Part shown: positions 1 to 13,439 of the stretch, piece after piece
Layout of the letters: each line of letters opens with the position of its first letter
Numbering within the stretch: the stretch's first letter is position 1
Assembly (NCBI RefSeq): GCF_009914755.1
Contig: NC_060944.1
Direction: 5' to 3' (one strand)
Source of the DNA: the human T2T-CHM13v2.0 reference genome, Homo sapiens
DNA length: 64,000 nt
The notes under the pieces: generated by a model
Seen by the model: the letters and a program-made list of their open reading frames with translations, nothing else
The model's database searches: none
Told to the model about the DNA's origin: nothing
Translations under genes and position numbers: made by a program

Positions 1-185
1 ATCATTTCCCTTCTTCACCATTTGTGGATCTTCTTACATTCAGTCATAAGAAGGAGTCTCATCCTTAGAGGGAGAAGGGAGAGATTCTGGGAGGTAGGGC
101 AATAAATAACTTGACCAAACCTTTTGCATCTTTTAGAACCTCAATAAGCTGTTCTCTCTGGGACTAGGAATTTATGTGATATATG

Positions 186-305
186 ACTTTTCAAAATAGA
201 CTTAGCTTTTGGAGAACATTAGGATTCACAATGAAATTGACAAAAAGGACAGAGATTTCCCGTATATTCCCTGCCCCACAAATGCACAGCCTCCCATCAT
301 CTCTT
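186..305 (-). mobile_element. Old L1 (L1MC/MD-type) 3' end fragment
   Basis: Resembles the antisense L1M 3' end (ttaggattcacaatgaaattgac...gatttcccgtatattccctgcccc...cacagcctccc). Boundaries approximate. Confidence 0.5.
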
Positions 306-944
306 TCTCTCATAGGATACTCATCAAAAAAAGTAAACGAACAATGCACTGTAAAACACTTGGCACCTTGTAGCCACTTCATCCTGGTGCTACTTATGAA
401 AGAAGTAAACTTTGAGCTAAGCCTTAACTGTTAAATAAATTCAAGATAGTTGCAGTGGTTGGGTTCTTGATAAGTAAACAACAGTTAATAAATGTAGATT
501 GGGCAAAGTTGTAGAAGGAAGGGTTTGGGGGATAGTGAGCAAGTGTCTAAACTTGTGGGGAGTTCCTCCAGTTCTTGAGAGTGACTCACTCACTAATCTC
601 ATATAAACTAATTCACAATGAGGTGTCAATGGCTTAGTGATACCTCTCCTAAGACATTAAAGGATTTTTTTTTGAGATTAATGTTTTTATTTAAAGAACT
701 TAATTTCCTGTGGTAAGGGTTTCACATAAGAGGGTAGGATGATTTTATGGATATTTCAGGGTAGGGGAAAATTTTAGCATCATCATTTAAGCCATACTAC
801 AGAAGTAACTGGGGCAAGTCCCTCTGCAAGATAAGCTGATAAAATGTTTGTTTTGGAGTTGCTTTGTTATTATTGTTGCTATTTTTAGTTTTTTGCAGTG
901 CTTTTATGGAGATGTGGATTAATTTGAAAATAGCATGGTAATTG

Positions 945-985
945 TATGTGTGCGTGCTTGTGTGTGTGTGTGTTTATGTGTGTGT
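945..985. repeat. Imperfect (TG)n microsatellite
   Basis: gtatgtgtgcgtgcttgtgtgtgtgtgtgtttatgtgtgtg. Confidence 0.85.
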
Positions 986-1837
986 TACTGTGTTTGTGCC
1001 CTGGGGTGTCCTAGGTGAAGGGCTCCCTTGAAAAATTTGAAACAAATAAATAAAATGAGAACTGACCTAAATTTTTGCCTCAAACTGGAACTGAGTTCAA
1101 GCTTTTGAGGAGGATCAAAAACTTGATTAACTGTTGTTTATTTGTTTTTAGAGGCTTTGCTTCCCTCTAACTCAAAAAAGTAAAAGTGATCAAACACTAC
1201 CCTCTGAGAGAGACTCTTGTCTCAATATTTCCAACAGGGTTGAAACCAGAAAGTACTTGTGAGGCAACTGGGAAGCACAAGTGAATTGCAGCCCAAGGTC
1301 CCAGATCCAAGGGGTTAGAAGGAGTTCAGCTAAACTTCATGTTGATGTCCAAGGAAAACAGCAGTAGTGTTGTTTTCAGTGGAATTGAGATCCTAGAGGG
1401 CAGAAAACATCATTATGTGAAACAGAAAAAGAACGTGCATTTGTGTTTTTCACCACAGTCTGGGAGAAAACACATTTTCTCATTGGTTGAAAAGTAAAAA
1501 GAGACCCATGGGATGGGCTGAAACCTGTGGGTCAACTTGAGGCAGCTGGTGTAAGGCAAAGCTGTGAGGGACAATTCAGGAGACTTGGAATTAAGGCTCC
1601 CTTCTCACAGCTGTGTGACCTGGAACATGCTGTGTAGCTCCTACAGAATTTTCGTATTTGAATCTGTGAAGTGTTCAGTTGTTCAGAATACCAATGCCCT
1701 GTCTCACATGGCACACTTCAATAGGTGCTTCGCACCTTTCCAAGTTTGATAAGAACCAGTTGTACCCTTGTGAATAGTAAATTTCAGGTGGGACTCCAGA
1801 CACATACTAAAATCATTTGTATTAAAAAAAATAAGCA

Positions 1838-3433
1838 TAACAGACAAACAGAGAGCCAAATCATGAGTGAACTCCCATTCACAATTGCTTCAAAGGGAAT
1901 AAAATACCTAGGAATCCAACTTACAAGGGATGTGAAGGACCTCTTCAAGGAGAGCTACAAACCACTGCTCAATGAAATAAAAGAGGGCACAAACAAATGG
2001 AAGAACACTCCATGCTCATGGATAGGAAGAATCAATATTGTGAAAATGGCCATACCGCCCAAGGTAATTTATAGATTCAATGCCATCCCCATCAAGCTAC
2101 CAATGACTTTCTGCACAAAATTTGAAAAAACTACTTTAAAGTTCATATGGAACCAAAAAAGAGACCGCATTGCCAAGACAATCCTAAGCCAAACGAACAA
2201 AGCTGGAGCCATCACACTACCTGACTTCAAACTACACTACAAGGCTACAGTAAGCAAAACAGCATGGTACTGTTACCAAAACAGAGATATAGACCAATGG
2301 AACAGAACAGAGCCCTCAGAAATAATCCCACACATCTACAACTATCTGATCTTTGACAAACCTGACAAAAACAAGAAATGGGGAAAGGATTTCCTTTTTA
2401 ATAAATGGTGCTGGGAAAACTGGCTAGCCATATGTAGAAAGCTGAAACTGGATCCTTTCCTTACACCTTATACAAAAATTAATTCAAGATGGATTAAAGA
2501 CTTAAGTGTTAGACCTAAAACCATAAAAACCCTAGAAGAAAACCTAGGCAATACCATTCAGGACATAGGCATGGGCAAGGACTTCATGACTAAAACACCA
2601 AAAGCAATGGCAACAAAAGCCAAAACTGACAAATGGGATCTAGTTAAACTAAACAGCTTCTGCACTGCAAAAGAAACCACCATCAGAGTGAACAGGCAAC
2701 CTGCAGAATGGGAGAAAATTTTTACAATCTACCCATCTGACAAAGGGCTAATATCTAGAATCTACAAAGAACTCACACAAATTTACAAGAAAAAAAATCA
2801 AACAATTCCATCAAAAAGTGGGCAAAGGATATGAACAGACACCTCTCAAAAGAAGACATTTATGCAGCCAACAGACACATGAAAAAATGCTCATCACCAC
2901 TGGCCATCAGAGAAATGCAAATCAAAACCACAATGAGATACCATCTCACACCGGTTAGAATGGCAATCATTAAAAAGTCAGGAAACAACAGGTGATGGAG
3001 AGGATGTGGAGAAATAGGAACACTTTTACACTGTTGGTGGGACTGTAAACTAGTTCAATCATTGTTGAAGACAGTGTGGTGATTCCTCAAGGATCTAGAA
3101 CTAGAAATACCATCTGACCCAGCCATCCCATTACTGGGTATATACCCAAAGGATTATAATTCATGCTGCTATAAAGACACATGCACACATATGTTTATTG
3201 TGGCACTATTCACAATAGCAAAGACTTGGAACCAACCCAAATGTCCATCAATGATAGACTGGATTAAGAAAATGTGGCACATATACACCAGGGAATACTA
3301 TGCAGCCATAAAAAATGATGAGTTCGTGTCCTTTGTAGGGACATGGATGAAGCTGGAAACCATCATTCTCAGCAAACTATCACAAGGACAGAAAACCAAA
3401 CACCTCATGTTCTCACTCATAGGTGGGAATTGA
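1838..3433 (+). pseudogene. L1 ORF2 C-terminal fragment, frameshifted near 2790
   Basis: Open for about 320 codons, then leaves frame in the A-run near 2790. The C-terminus (...FSLIGGN) is in ORF 3191..3433. The endonuclease domain and most of the RT are missing. Confidence 0.92.
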
Positions 3434-3657
3434 ACAATGAGAACACTTGGACACAGGAAAGGGAACATCACACACCGGGGCCTGTCGTGGGGTGGGGGCA
3501 GTGGGGAGGGATAGCATTAGGAGATATACCTAATGTAAATGACGAGTTAAAGGGTGCAGCACACCAGCATGGCACATGTATACATATGTAACAAACCTGC
3601 ATGTTGTGCACATGTACCCTAGAACTTAAAGTAAAATTTTAAAAAAAGGGAAAAAAA
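1838..3657 (+). mobile_element. 5'-truncated L1PA (about L1PA4-5): ORF2 3' part, 3'UTR and A-tail
   Basis: ORF 1725..2834 contains L1 ORF2 C-terminal sequence ([29 protein letters not shown]). A canonical 3'UTR with G-rich tract ends gtaccctagaacttaaagta and is followed by an A-rich tail. Confidence 0.97.
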
Positions 3658-3859
3658 CATTATGAGAATTTGCGTAAAAGAAGGTATAATAATTTGGATA
3701 ATATGGCTTAACCTCCATGTTTTGGAAGACTTTATAAGAACAGAATTTAAAAATGAGTAGAGTTTTGATACAGAGAAATTCATTGGATGGAGGACATTAT
3801 AAGCAGAAGTAACACCATAAAAAGGTAACATAAGAAAGCAAGATTTAACATAGCAAATA

Positions 3860-4500
3860 GCAAGTAAGCAACATTGTTTGAACTGGAGAGGGGTTAGGAG
3901 ATAATTTTGGAAAAATCATTGCGGTCAAAGGATGGATGTTCTTGGTTGCTAAGCTGCTGGTTTGGGCTTTATTTTATATGCAACAGGGGTACTTAGAGTT
4001 TTGCTCAGATGTATGAATAAATGTAATCCTTTATCAATATTAAATTTAAAATAGTTGATAAAGTGAATTAGGAGGAAAAGCTAAAGGGAGAGGCTAACCA
4101 TTTAAGAGTTCATCACATTAATTTGGGTAAGAGGTAGTATGGCCCTAACCAAGACAATGACCATGCTTATGGAAAGGAGGTTGTGTGTCTTGTAGTCAGA
4201 TGGAGGTAGAATCAAGAGGATCTGGCACTAACTGTAGCCAGGAAGGGAGGAAGAGGAGCCAGAGAGGATTCTAAGTCTTCAAGCTTGAATGGCTTGAGAG
4301 ATGTTGTAATTAATTTGAGAAACTTCAGATAGAAACAGGCTTGAGAGAGAAAATGGTGAGTCCAGTTGAGTTTGAGATTAGAAAGTCATCTAGTGAGGAT
4401 GGGAGTTTGAATCTTGAAATCAAGAGCTAGGTGAAGGCTGGAGACAAAGATGGAAAGTTATTTGCAAAGACATCACAGCTGAAATCATGGAAGTACTGGA
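3860..4500 (-). mobile_element. L2 fragment
   Basis: Purine-rich antisense L2-like motifs (gatggaggtagaatcaagaggat; ggctggagacaaagat...cagctgaaatcatggaagt). Confidence 0.6.
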
Positions 4501-6078
4501 TACTGATGTACATTATTCAATTTCTTTTCCTGGTCTGATGCCAGCTATACAGATATTATTCCTGGGCTTTGTTAATAAGTTTCCTTGTGTGAGCTTGTCT
4601 CTTGGCAACTGGGCTTTGTCCCTGGAACTTAAAGCCATCTCTGCTGAGCTGAGTATCAACACCTTCACGAGTTCTTCAAGTCTGATCTAACCTCTGCAAT
4701 TCACTGCCTATTCTTATCACCCTGATTTTTATCATCACCTCAACTCACTATGTCTATGACCTGTAGCTCTCATGCTGATAAAGGTTAGAAATGCTTATCA
4801 AAACATTTTTTTTAAAAAAGGAAGCTTCAGGGTTTTGTTTGCCTCTCTAGGTTTTTTTATTTAATTCTACAAATAAAACCTATACCTTAAGGATCTGGAT
4901 GTATCATTTTAATGCTTTCCACCAGCAATGTGCATTTTAATAATGTATTTCCAAAAACCATTCCAGGAAAATTTCAGTGCCAAGAAAACATAGGAAATTC
5001 CTTCCTACTGTATATATCACATTTTTCTTGTTTTCTATAAGGCTTCACATGAATCACATAGAAATTTTTTTCAATATTCAAAGACATGTGAATAGGTAGA
5101 TATCGAAATTCTACAAGACAGATGACCGATCTTTAGACCTGGCTTTAAAACTTTATGGTTGTGTTTCTCTTGATAAATCATTTGAGATTACAGTGTTATA
5201 CCTTACTGGTATGAGAATTCAATGAGGTAAGCCACCATTCCCCCAAAACAGTAAAGAACTAAAAAGTATAAAATATGGGACATGGGATAAATAAAAACAA
5301 ACTATTTATTATAATATGGAATATTAGAAGTAATACATACCATACTAATTCTATGTTTGTGATTATTTGATTAATGCCTATAACCAGCAGCGGACTGTTA
5401 ATTCATGATGTACAGTCACGTCAGGTTTCAGGTTTTGTTCATCGTAGTCCCAGCAACTAGTGTTACATTTAGCATATAGTAGGCACAGAGTAAAAATTTT
5501 TGAATGAATTGAATGCTTTGATGCTTAAATTTAGTCCATTTAGTATAATAAGAGAATGCATTTTAATTATGAAAACTTTTTTCTTTGAAAATTCAATACA
5601 GTTGATAATGCAAATTTTTACAAGAGTCATTTAGATAACTTTATAGATAAAATATCCATGGCAGTGAAGTGAGGAAAGATAGAGATGATTGAAAAAATTT
5701 TAGAGGCCCTTGTTCTGTTTTACCTGGGTTCCAAAGCTGGAATAAATCAAAACTGATTTTGACATGTCCCTAAGTAGTCTTTCTTGTGTTCCAGTGCTAT
5801 GTTCCCTTGGCTTTGTTCCTTGTGTGCTTCTGTGTAAACCATATGTTCCTCAAACAGTAAACGATACCTGTACTTCATCCCCTTTTCCATTTCTCCTTGC
5901 AGTTTTGTCCTCATCCACAGAACGCTGTTGAATTTTCTCTCCAAGAACTCACCAGCAGCTTTACAGAATATTTTTCTTGCCTATGCTGCCGATCAGCTTT
6001 CTTTCTCTCTTGAATTCCACTTCCCTTGGCTTTTATTTTCCTCCTTTTAAAAATATTCATTGTAAATTCATGGTCAAC

Positions 6079-6417
<339 letters not shown>

Positions 6418-6984
6418 TAGAACTCTCTGGAAATCTTCAATGTCTTGGTTTTTCCACATAGTGTTTAATGGTTTTTACCTTTCTTCTCCGTGGAAACAGT
6501 TTCAGTAGCCACTTGGACATTTTGACATGAACATATTTATAAAGTTGCAAACTCAGTTTATCAAAAGTTGACTATTAATTTTTTACTTTTTTCACTCCTC
6601 TCCTCAAATCACCTATATTGGTCTATTAGAAACCACCATTTACCACATGAAATTGGCTCTTCAAATTTCCCTCCCCACCAATCTCTCTTTGTCACCCCAT
6701 ATTCAATAAAAGTCTTGTCAATTTTACTTCCCAATGCCCATTATGCGACAACCACATTTTTGCCCCAGCCATCCAAGTCCTGATTCAATTGGTCTTCATT
6801 AGAGTCATCGTGTCCTGTTACCCATCTCTACTTCATGTAGCACACTGCCACCAACATTATCTTTCTAAAACTTACATCTGCAGATGACGGTCCTTTTTAT
6901 GCTCAGTCTCTAATGGGTAAAGTTTTTGATCCAACATTAATAATCTTTTAAAATAAGGCTCAAAACTGTCTTGCTAATTTTCTT

Positions 6985-7460
6985 TATTTTTAATTTGTAA
7001 AGGCTTAATTATATGTAATTCACATATCATGAATTTCACCCATTAGAGTGTAAAAAATCAGTGGGTTTTAGTATATTCACAAAACTGTGCAGCTACAATC
7101 AATTTTAGAACAGTCTTATCAGCCTCGGAAGAAGCTGTATTTCCTTTAGGTGTCAACCATGCCCAGTTTCCCTCATCAGAAACTCTATTTCATTTAGGCC
7201 TCAACCATGGTCAATTTCCCTCATCTCATCCCTAGGCATAGGCATCCATTAATTTATTTTATGTCTCTATAGATTTTCCTATTACTGGCATTTCATATAA
7301 ATGGAATCTTTGAATACATGGTCTTCTTTCATTCAGCATGATGTTTTAAAGGTTCATTTATGTTATAGCATGTATAAGTATTTTGCTAGTTTTCATTGCA
7401 GAATAATATATCACATTGTATGCATATATCACATTTTATTTAAATATTAATCAATTGATA
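6985..7460 (-). mobile_element. L1MB-type 3' end fragment
   Basis: taattcacatatcatgaatttcaccc...ttagtatattcacaaaactgtgcagc...catataaatggaatc match the antisense L1MB 3' end. Confidence 0.8.
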
Positions 7461-8379
7461 GTCTCTTTTGGCCCTGTCTTTTCCTCCTACCATATCTTGT
7501 ACTTCTCTTATTTTCACCACTTTAAATTTTTTTTCTCAATTTCCTAGAATTCTTCATACCTGCTGTTTTAGAATTGGTTGTTTAAGTTTCCTTATTTTCA
7601 AGTAGATTTTAAGACTGTTCTTTTTCATATTCCTAAAACCGAGGGTTTTTTTTTTTTTTTAACATAGATAATCAATTCTATTCAATGAAAATGAATTCGG
7701 TCTACTGTTTTCAGTATTTTGATACTTAGGAATGTGAAAGCTATAATAACCAGAAATGCAAGAATGAACACTGTCTTAAAATTTACGACATACTGTCACA
7801 ATATTTAAACCTACAATCATGCATGTATGGTCATTGTGCTTGTATAATTGATTTGATGTCCTTTATTTATATGTGAAACAACATTATTGGCATAAATTCT
7901 ATCAGTTTTCTAATATAAGAGTGATAAATTGGGGTAAATTAACAAATATCTTTGGCTATTCCAAAGTTAAAGACATTGGACTGGAGTACTATGGGAGATC
8001 GGGAGGTGCAAAGAATTATGGGAAATAACACATGAACACAAACAATCATGAACTAACCTGTCATGACAGGAAATGGGAACTGTTTAGTTCTTGGACACAG
8101 CAGCAAAAACAGCAGATTACTTTAGGTTGAGCCACTATTAAAGAACTCTGGATTAGATAAGATTAAATTCAGTCCATAAAGAAAAACAGGATTTAGATAG
8201 ATAGATGAAGACAAGAGAGATGGTTAAGTGGGACCACCTAAAAGCCAAATTTGTTGACAAGGGAAATCCTCATTCAGATCTGAGTTTTGGTACGGCCCTG
8301 GGCATATTTTGTTAATCTAGTTAATTCCTTGCAGTTATTCAGCTATGCCAATGTTCTCTCTTGCTTTGTGAATTTGCAC

Positions 8380-8610
8380 AAACTGCTCCCTTTGCCCGTT
8401 CACTCTACCCCCTCCCCACCCCCCAATCTGTCTGGCTGTCTTTCTTGCCAACTAAAATTCAGTTTAAATCAATTTCTTTTCTAAAGTCTTTCCTATTCAC
8501 CTCTTGCTGAGTTAGGTGCACCCTTCACTATATATCTATAACCCCCAATTGGAACATAGCCCATGTTGGATAAATAGGTGACTGAATGGATAAAAAATAA
8601 ATAAATGAGA
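8380..8610 (+). mobile_element. L2 3' end fragment
   Basis: Pyrimidine-rich L2 body followed by a tgaatggataaaaaataaataaatga-type tail. Confidence 0.5.
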
Positions 8611-8799
8611 GTATGAAATATTAAACTACCTCACTGAATCCTTCCTATTCACACTGTCTCTCACCATTTATTTTCTAAATCTGCTTTCTAGCTAGCTTTT
8701 TGAAAGAACTTATACCATGTGAAGCAGGACAGAAACATGTAAGTGGAAGATGGTATTTATTTTAGTAATTCACAATATCTTGTTACGATTCTGGAAAGG

Positions 8800-8978
8800 C
8801 AGTAATGCTTCAAGTATGATCCCTGAACAAGCAGTGTCATCTTCACTTGGAAGCTCATTAGAAATGTAAATTCTCAGATTCCATCTCCAAACCTACTTAG
8901 TCAGAAATGGGGAGAGAAGAGTGGTTTTCACAAGCCCTCTAAGTGATTCTGAGGCCTGCTAACATTTGAGAACTACTA
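8800..8978. mobile_element. MER5A (hAT-Charlie MITE)
   Basis: ttagaaatgtaaattctcag...caagccctctaagtgattctga...tttgagaactact. Confidence 0.85.
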
Positions 8979-9049
8979 TACTATATTGAGGTTGCTTTCG
9001 TAATGTCATAAGGGACTTGCAGGTGGTTTGATATGCTCATTTAGCTCGT

Positions 9050-9760
9050 CTAAATGATTCATTTCTTCTGTAAAATCATTCATTTCTCCAAAAAGTCCCC
9101 TGGTTCCTTTTCTTGGAAAATTGTATTCAAAACTAACATCTGGGGGATAGGTGTGTTTGCTGCTTCTGGGGCATCATTTATTTCTAGGCTCTCTCATTGG
9201 ACACACACACGTGTGTGTGTGTGTGTGTATGTGTGCAGATAAGTGTATATTCATGGATTAATACACATATTTCCTTCCTTTCCACATATGTGTGTGTATA
9301 TGTATTTAATGGTGCAATCACAGCTCACTGCAGCCTCAAGCAATTCTCCCACCTCTGCATCCTCAGTAGCTGGGACCACAGATGTGTGCTACCACACCTG
9401 GCTAATTTTTTTTTTTTTTTTTAATAGAGACAGGATCTTCCCTATGTTTCTCAGGCTGGTCTCAAACTCCTGGGCTCAAGTGATCCACATGCCTCGGCTT
9501 CACAAATTGTGGGGATTACAGACGGGAGCCACCACGCTTGGCCGTCTATGCCACCTGGATCGTATTAGCCTTCTCTTCACCTGGGTTGTATACAACCTTC
9601 TACTCTAACAGTGAGGAACCTAGTTCTCACCATCTTCCATACATCTACTCAATTGTTCAAATCCAGTGTGTGTCTATAATGGTTCCATGATTTTTAACAT
9701 ACCGTCTGGTAAACAACATTACCAGTTAGAGTTTGACATTCTCATGTAGTTCTTTTCCTC
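9050..9760 (-). mobile_element. L1MC-type 3' region, interrupted by an Alu and a CA/TG repeat
   Basis: catttctccaaaaagtcccctggttcctttt...; resumes after the Alu with ctctaacagtgaggaacctagttctcacc. Confidence 0.7.
9308..9543 (-). mobile_element. AluJ lacking its 3' end and tail
   Basis: gcaatcacagctcactgcagcctc...ctcctgggctcaagtgatcc...gagccaccacgcttggcc; AluJ-type positions. Confidence 0.92.
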
Positions 9761-10954
9761 TGATTGTATTGGAGTGGCAATCCAAAATAAAACTTAATGT
9801 TAAATGTTTCATAATCTAGAAGAACAAGTCCTCTAAGAGACTAATCTGTAACATCCTGGCTTGTGTATTAAAAGGAAAAAAAGAAAGACCCCATTCACAA
9901 AAGGATAAAGAACATAAACGTCATCAGAGGTAGTCCAGACCCTGGAAAAAGTGAAGGAACATTTCCAAACTTAGTGCAATTCCTGCAACTGACAGTACAT
10001 GTGCAGGGCCCATTTTGTTAAATTATTCATAGATTTAGAATGACCTGACACACTCAAATGTTAATAAATACATAATTATTAAATTCTATTACATAAAATT
10101 AGGTAACTAAAACTGGCCTATTGTGGTTCCTCCTATTCAAAGCAGTATTTCAGGTCCTCACAAAATCAGAAGTATATAAGAAGGCCAGAAAGTCTGAATT
10201 TTGGCACATTTCTTCTTTCTAGAAAAGGTTCACAGGTAGGATGGTAGATGAGGAGCTGGTGGGCCAGGGAGAGTGGAGAAGCTGGCCATAGCACTGGGAG
10301 GGGCTTATCTAAAGTTCCTAGTGGTCCAGGAGCTACTTTTTATGGCTCTTCTAAGGAAAATGGTACCCATTAAGAATGATTTTTTTAAAAGCAAATGACA
10401 TCCTATTCATAATTTCTTCTTAAAAATATGTCACCTCTGCTAGGAAGAAACCAAAATTGCCCTACATGAGCATTCATCATTATTTTTTAATCTTCATTTT
10501 CTTGTTGTGTTTCTTTATTACATTTGATTATGTCTGTCCTGTATTATAGTTTCTTATTTGTAGTGTTGCTTACCTTTTCCTGTTCAATCTGCCCTACGTA
10601 TTCTCTTTGAGGGTGGAGGCTTGATCTCGTTATTTGAATGCTTAACATATAGTTGATTATCAACAAATATTGAATAGAAAGCTCAAAGAACACACAGAAA
10701 AGAATAACTCAACATTGTAGTTTTTTACTCCCAGATTTCTTTTGTGAAAACTAAAAACTTCCTTGACTTTATTGAGATAAATGGCTTTTCAGCATGAACA
10801 TTCATGCTCACTCATAAAAGCAAGTTCTCATGAGGTAGTCCCAGGAATAATACTGTCTTTTGAGTCTCTGAAAACTAAAGTATTCATGCTTCTTGCACGT
10901 TTTTTTTTAAATCATAGAATTCTTCAATATATTATTGGGACGGGTTATATAGTT

Positions 10955-11145
10955 TGGATGTTCTCAGTCTGCCAAATAATGGCCCAGCTGCATCAGAATC
11001 GATTTGAAGAGATTAAACAAACAAACAAAAACCGAACAGTTTCCAGTCACACCCCTAGAGTTTTGGATGTAGCAGGTTTGAGGTAAGGCTTGGAAATCTG
11101 TCATTTAAAAATACCTCCCCAAGTGTTTTCTGATGGGAAGTTGGA
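10955..11145. mobile_element. MER5-family MITE
   Basis: cagctgcatcagaatc...gcaggtttgaggtaaggcttggaaatctg...cctccccaagtgttttctgatg. Confidence 0.7.
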
Positions 11146-11600
11146 TCACATCCTGCCTCATATTGTGGAATAGGTGGTTAAAAATCCCCCAAACTCTGTT
11201 CTTCCATTAGCAAGAAGGGTCACTACTGATGTGTGTGTTACACCAGAAGTCTGTTCATCTCAGACCTTCTTGGAAGAATAAGTTTGGTTTGCCTTCTCAG
11301 TGGCGGTCACACAAGACTGCATGAAAGAACAGTCTGGCTGAAAAGCAAAATTTATATTTTAGAACAATATTAAAAACATAGAGCCAAAGAGCCAGTTTCA
11401 ACAAGATGAGCTTTCCATAGCATAGCTTTATCAGGACTTCTCTGCTTTCTGTTAACTAGACTGCCTGGTGAATTCTTCATGGCAAATAACTCTAGCCAGT
11501 GTTTCGAGAAAGTGATTTCTAGCCTCCTACACTCTAAGCCTTGGGAAGTACAATCCAATATTGAGACAGGCCGATTTGAAGAGCTCTGAGCCTCAGGGAA

Positions 11601-11619
11601 CAGCGCCATCTGCTGATGA
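11601..11619 (-). promoter_or_regulatory. CTCF binding motif
   Basis: The minus strand reads TCAGCAGATGGCGCTG, one mismatch from the core CCAGCAGATGGCGC. The CpG is retained and the context is non-repeat. Confidence 0.65.
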
Positions 11620-12989
11620 CTGAGGACATAGCTTACTTGAGAACAAGAGTCTTCGGGAAAGCGGTAGATATTAATTATGTATGTCCTGGCTTTCGCACCA
11701 CGGCCGCTATAACAACCTACTCCCAAGCACCAGGCATTCTTTCAGCTCATTGGGTGAGATTAGTCAGTAATAACTGGTGAGTGTTTTTATTACTTAAATA
11801 TGAACACCATTCTTTGAATGCCATGGCTTAAGCCTTAGGTAGACAAACTCTGCCTATAGGTGTTCATGCATCAAACATAGAAGCTCAGCACTACTGGACA
11901 AGGCATGACACCTTTGCCACAGTAACTTTAATGGTTTAGGGACAATGTTCAAGGAGTCTGGTTACAGGGGGCTATGGGGAATTTCATCTCCTAACTGTTT
12001 TTCTTTAGGGCCCAACATCAGCAATCACCAGTTAGTGTGTGATACTCCGAAGTTTCAGCATGTGCCATTTCCTGCTGAACGGGTCTAACAGAGCAAAGCA
12101 GACCCCAGGGAAGCCCAATTTTGGTTAGGTTAAATCCTTAAAGAAACGAGGTGGTATTTTTCCCATTGGTAGTTTATTTATGTGTTTGTTTTAATGTTAG
12201 GGCTTATCCCTTCTAATATCCTCCCCAGGACCAGGAAAGGGAAATGTTAAAGTCATGAAACGGAGAGAGAAGAAATACCCTATCTGTGTGTGTGTATGTG
12301 TGCATGTGTGTGTAGGTGTGTGTTCTAAACCAGGTCTTTGAAAGATAAACATTTGATGTAGCAAAATGTTGAAAGTAAAAGTAATAAGCAAGTTTCATTA
12401 CATTTTTCTAAAAATATTTGGCTTCCAAAATCAAACCCACTTAAAGTTTTCCTACTTTTATTTTCTTTTCTTAGTCATTTCAACATATTGTAGGGGATTT
12501 CACTGTGTCATAATAATGTTATTTTTACACAGATTTTAACAGTAAAAATAAAGTTGGTGGACCCCACTGCCCTCCACAAGAGCTGAAAGTTCATTTTTCT
12601 GCCCAATTCTTCCCACACACGTGAAAAAAACACATTTAAAATTAAAGGTCAGCACTTAGGCTCTTGTGAGGTCTGGCAATATTTGATCAGAGTTTAAAAA
12701 TCTATAGCATATATTACAAATAATATTTGAAATAAGTGCAGATGGAAATAATTAGATTTTTTCAGTTTGATTTTATCGTTTATAAAATATTTGAACTAGG
12801 CTTATTATTTTTCTATATTTAAAATGTGTCTAATTCAATTTTCACTATTGCAAGGACAGACGTGGCATAAACACATTTACATGAAAACTCATTATTTCTA
12901 AACTCGCAAAACTTTAGACCACATAATCCCAGGTACTTCAACTTAAAACATTGCAAGTTTAAGTAAATGAAATATTATATATTAATAAT

Positions 12990-13185
12990 AATTAATACTG
13001 AAACTTATTGATAACATTACTATGTAATGTTTTTGGTACTTTATGTGTAATAATTCATTTAATCCTTATAGCAACACTATCAGCTGGGTACTATTGCTCT
13101 TCAATTGAGGACACAGAGAGGTTAAGTACCTTACCTAGGGATGAAAATATAGCTAGTAAATGGCAGAGATGATAGAAGCATAGAT
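12990..13185 (-). mobile_element. MIR
   Basis: tcatttaatccttatagcaacactat...gaggacacagagaggttaagtaccttacctagg...gctagtaaatggcagag. Confidence 0.85.
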
Positions 13186-13287
13186 ATACTGAGTTAGATC
13201 CCTTTATATCCCCTAAGAACACCTCCTTAAATGTTTCCTTCCAGGTGTCTCACTTCATCTCATCATAGCCCTAATCTTGAGATATTC

Positions 13288-13334
<47 letters not shown>

Positions 13335-13439
13335 TCTATCATCCATCCCTCCCTCCCTCCCTCCCTTTCTCCCTCCCTCCGTCCCTCCCTCCCTCTCTCC
13401 CTCCTTCCCTAACTGTCTACCTACCTACCTACCTATCTA
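13288..13439. repeat. Compound tetranucleotide STR: (CTGT)n(CTAT)n(CCCT)n(CTAC)n
   Basis: Read directly from the sequence. Confidence 0.95.

Noticed and set aside
1725-2834. 369-aa ORF as a gene
   Set aside because: It is a fragment of L1 ORF2 with a chance upstream extension from a non-ATG start. Long open frames are expected in a fairly young L1.
1823-3660. TSD for the first L1
   Set aside because: The flanks (aaaaaaaataagcat and aaaaaaacat) are A-rich and do not match well enough to call.
11370-11726. 118-aa minus-strand ORF across the CTCF site
   Set aside because: Non-ATG start, no recognisable homology, and a length compatible with chance.
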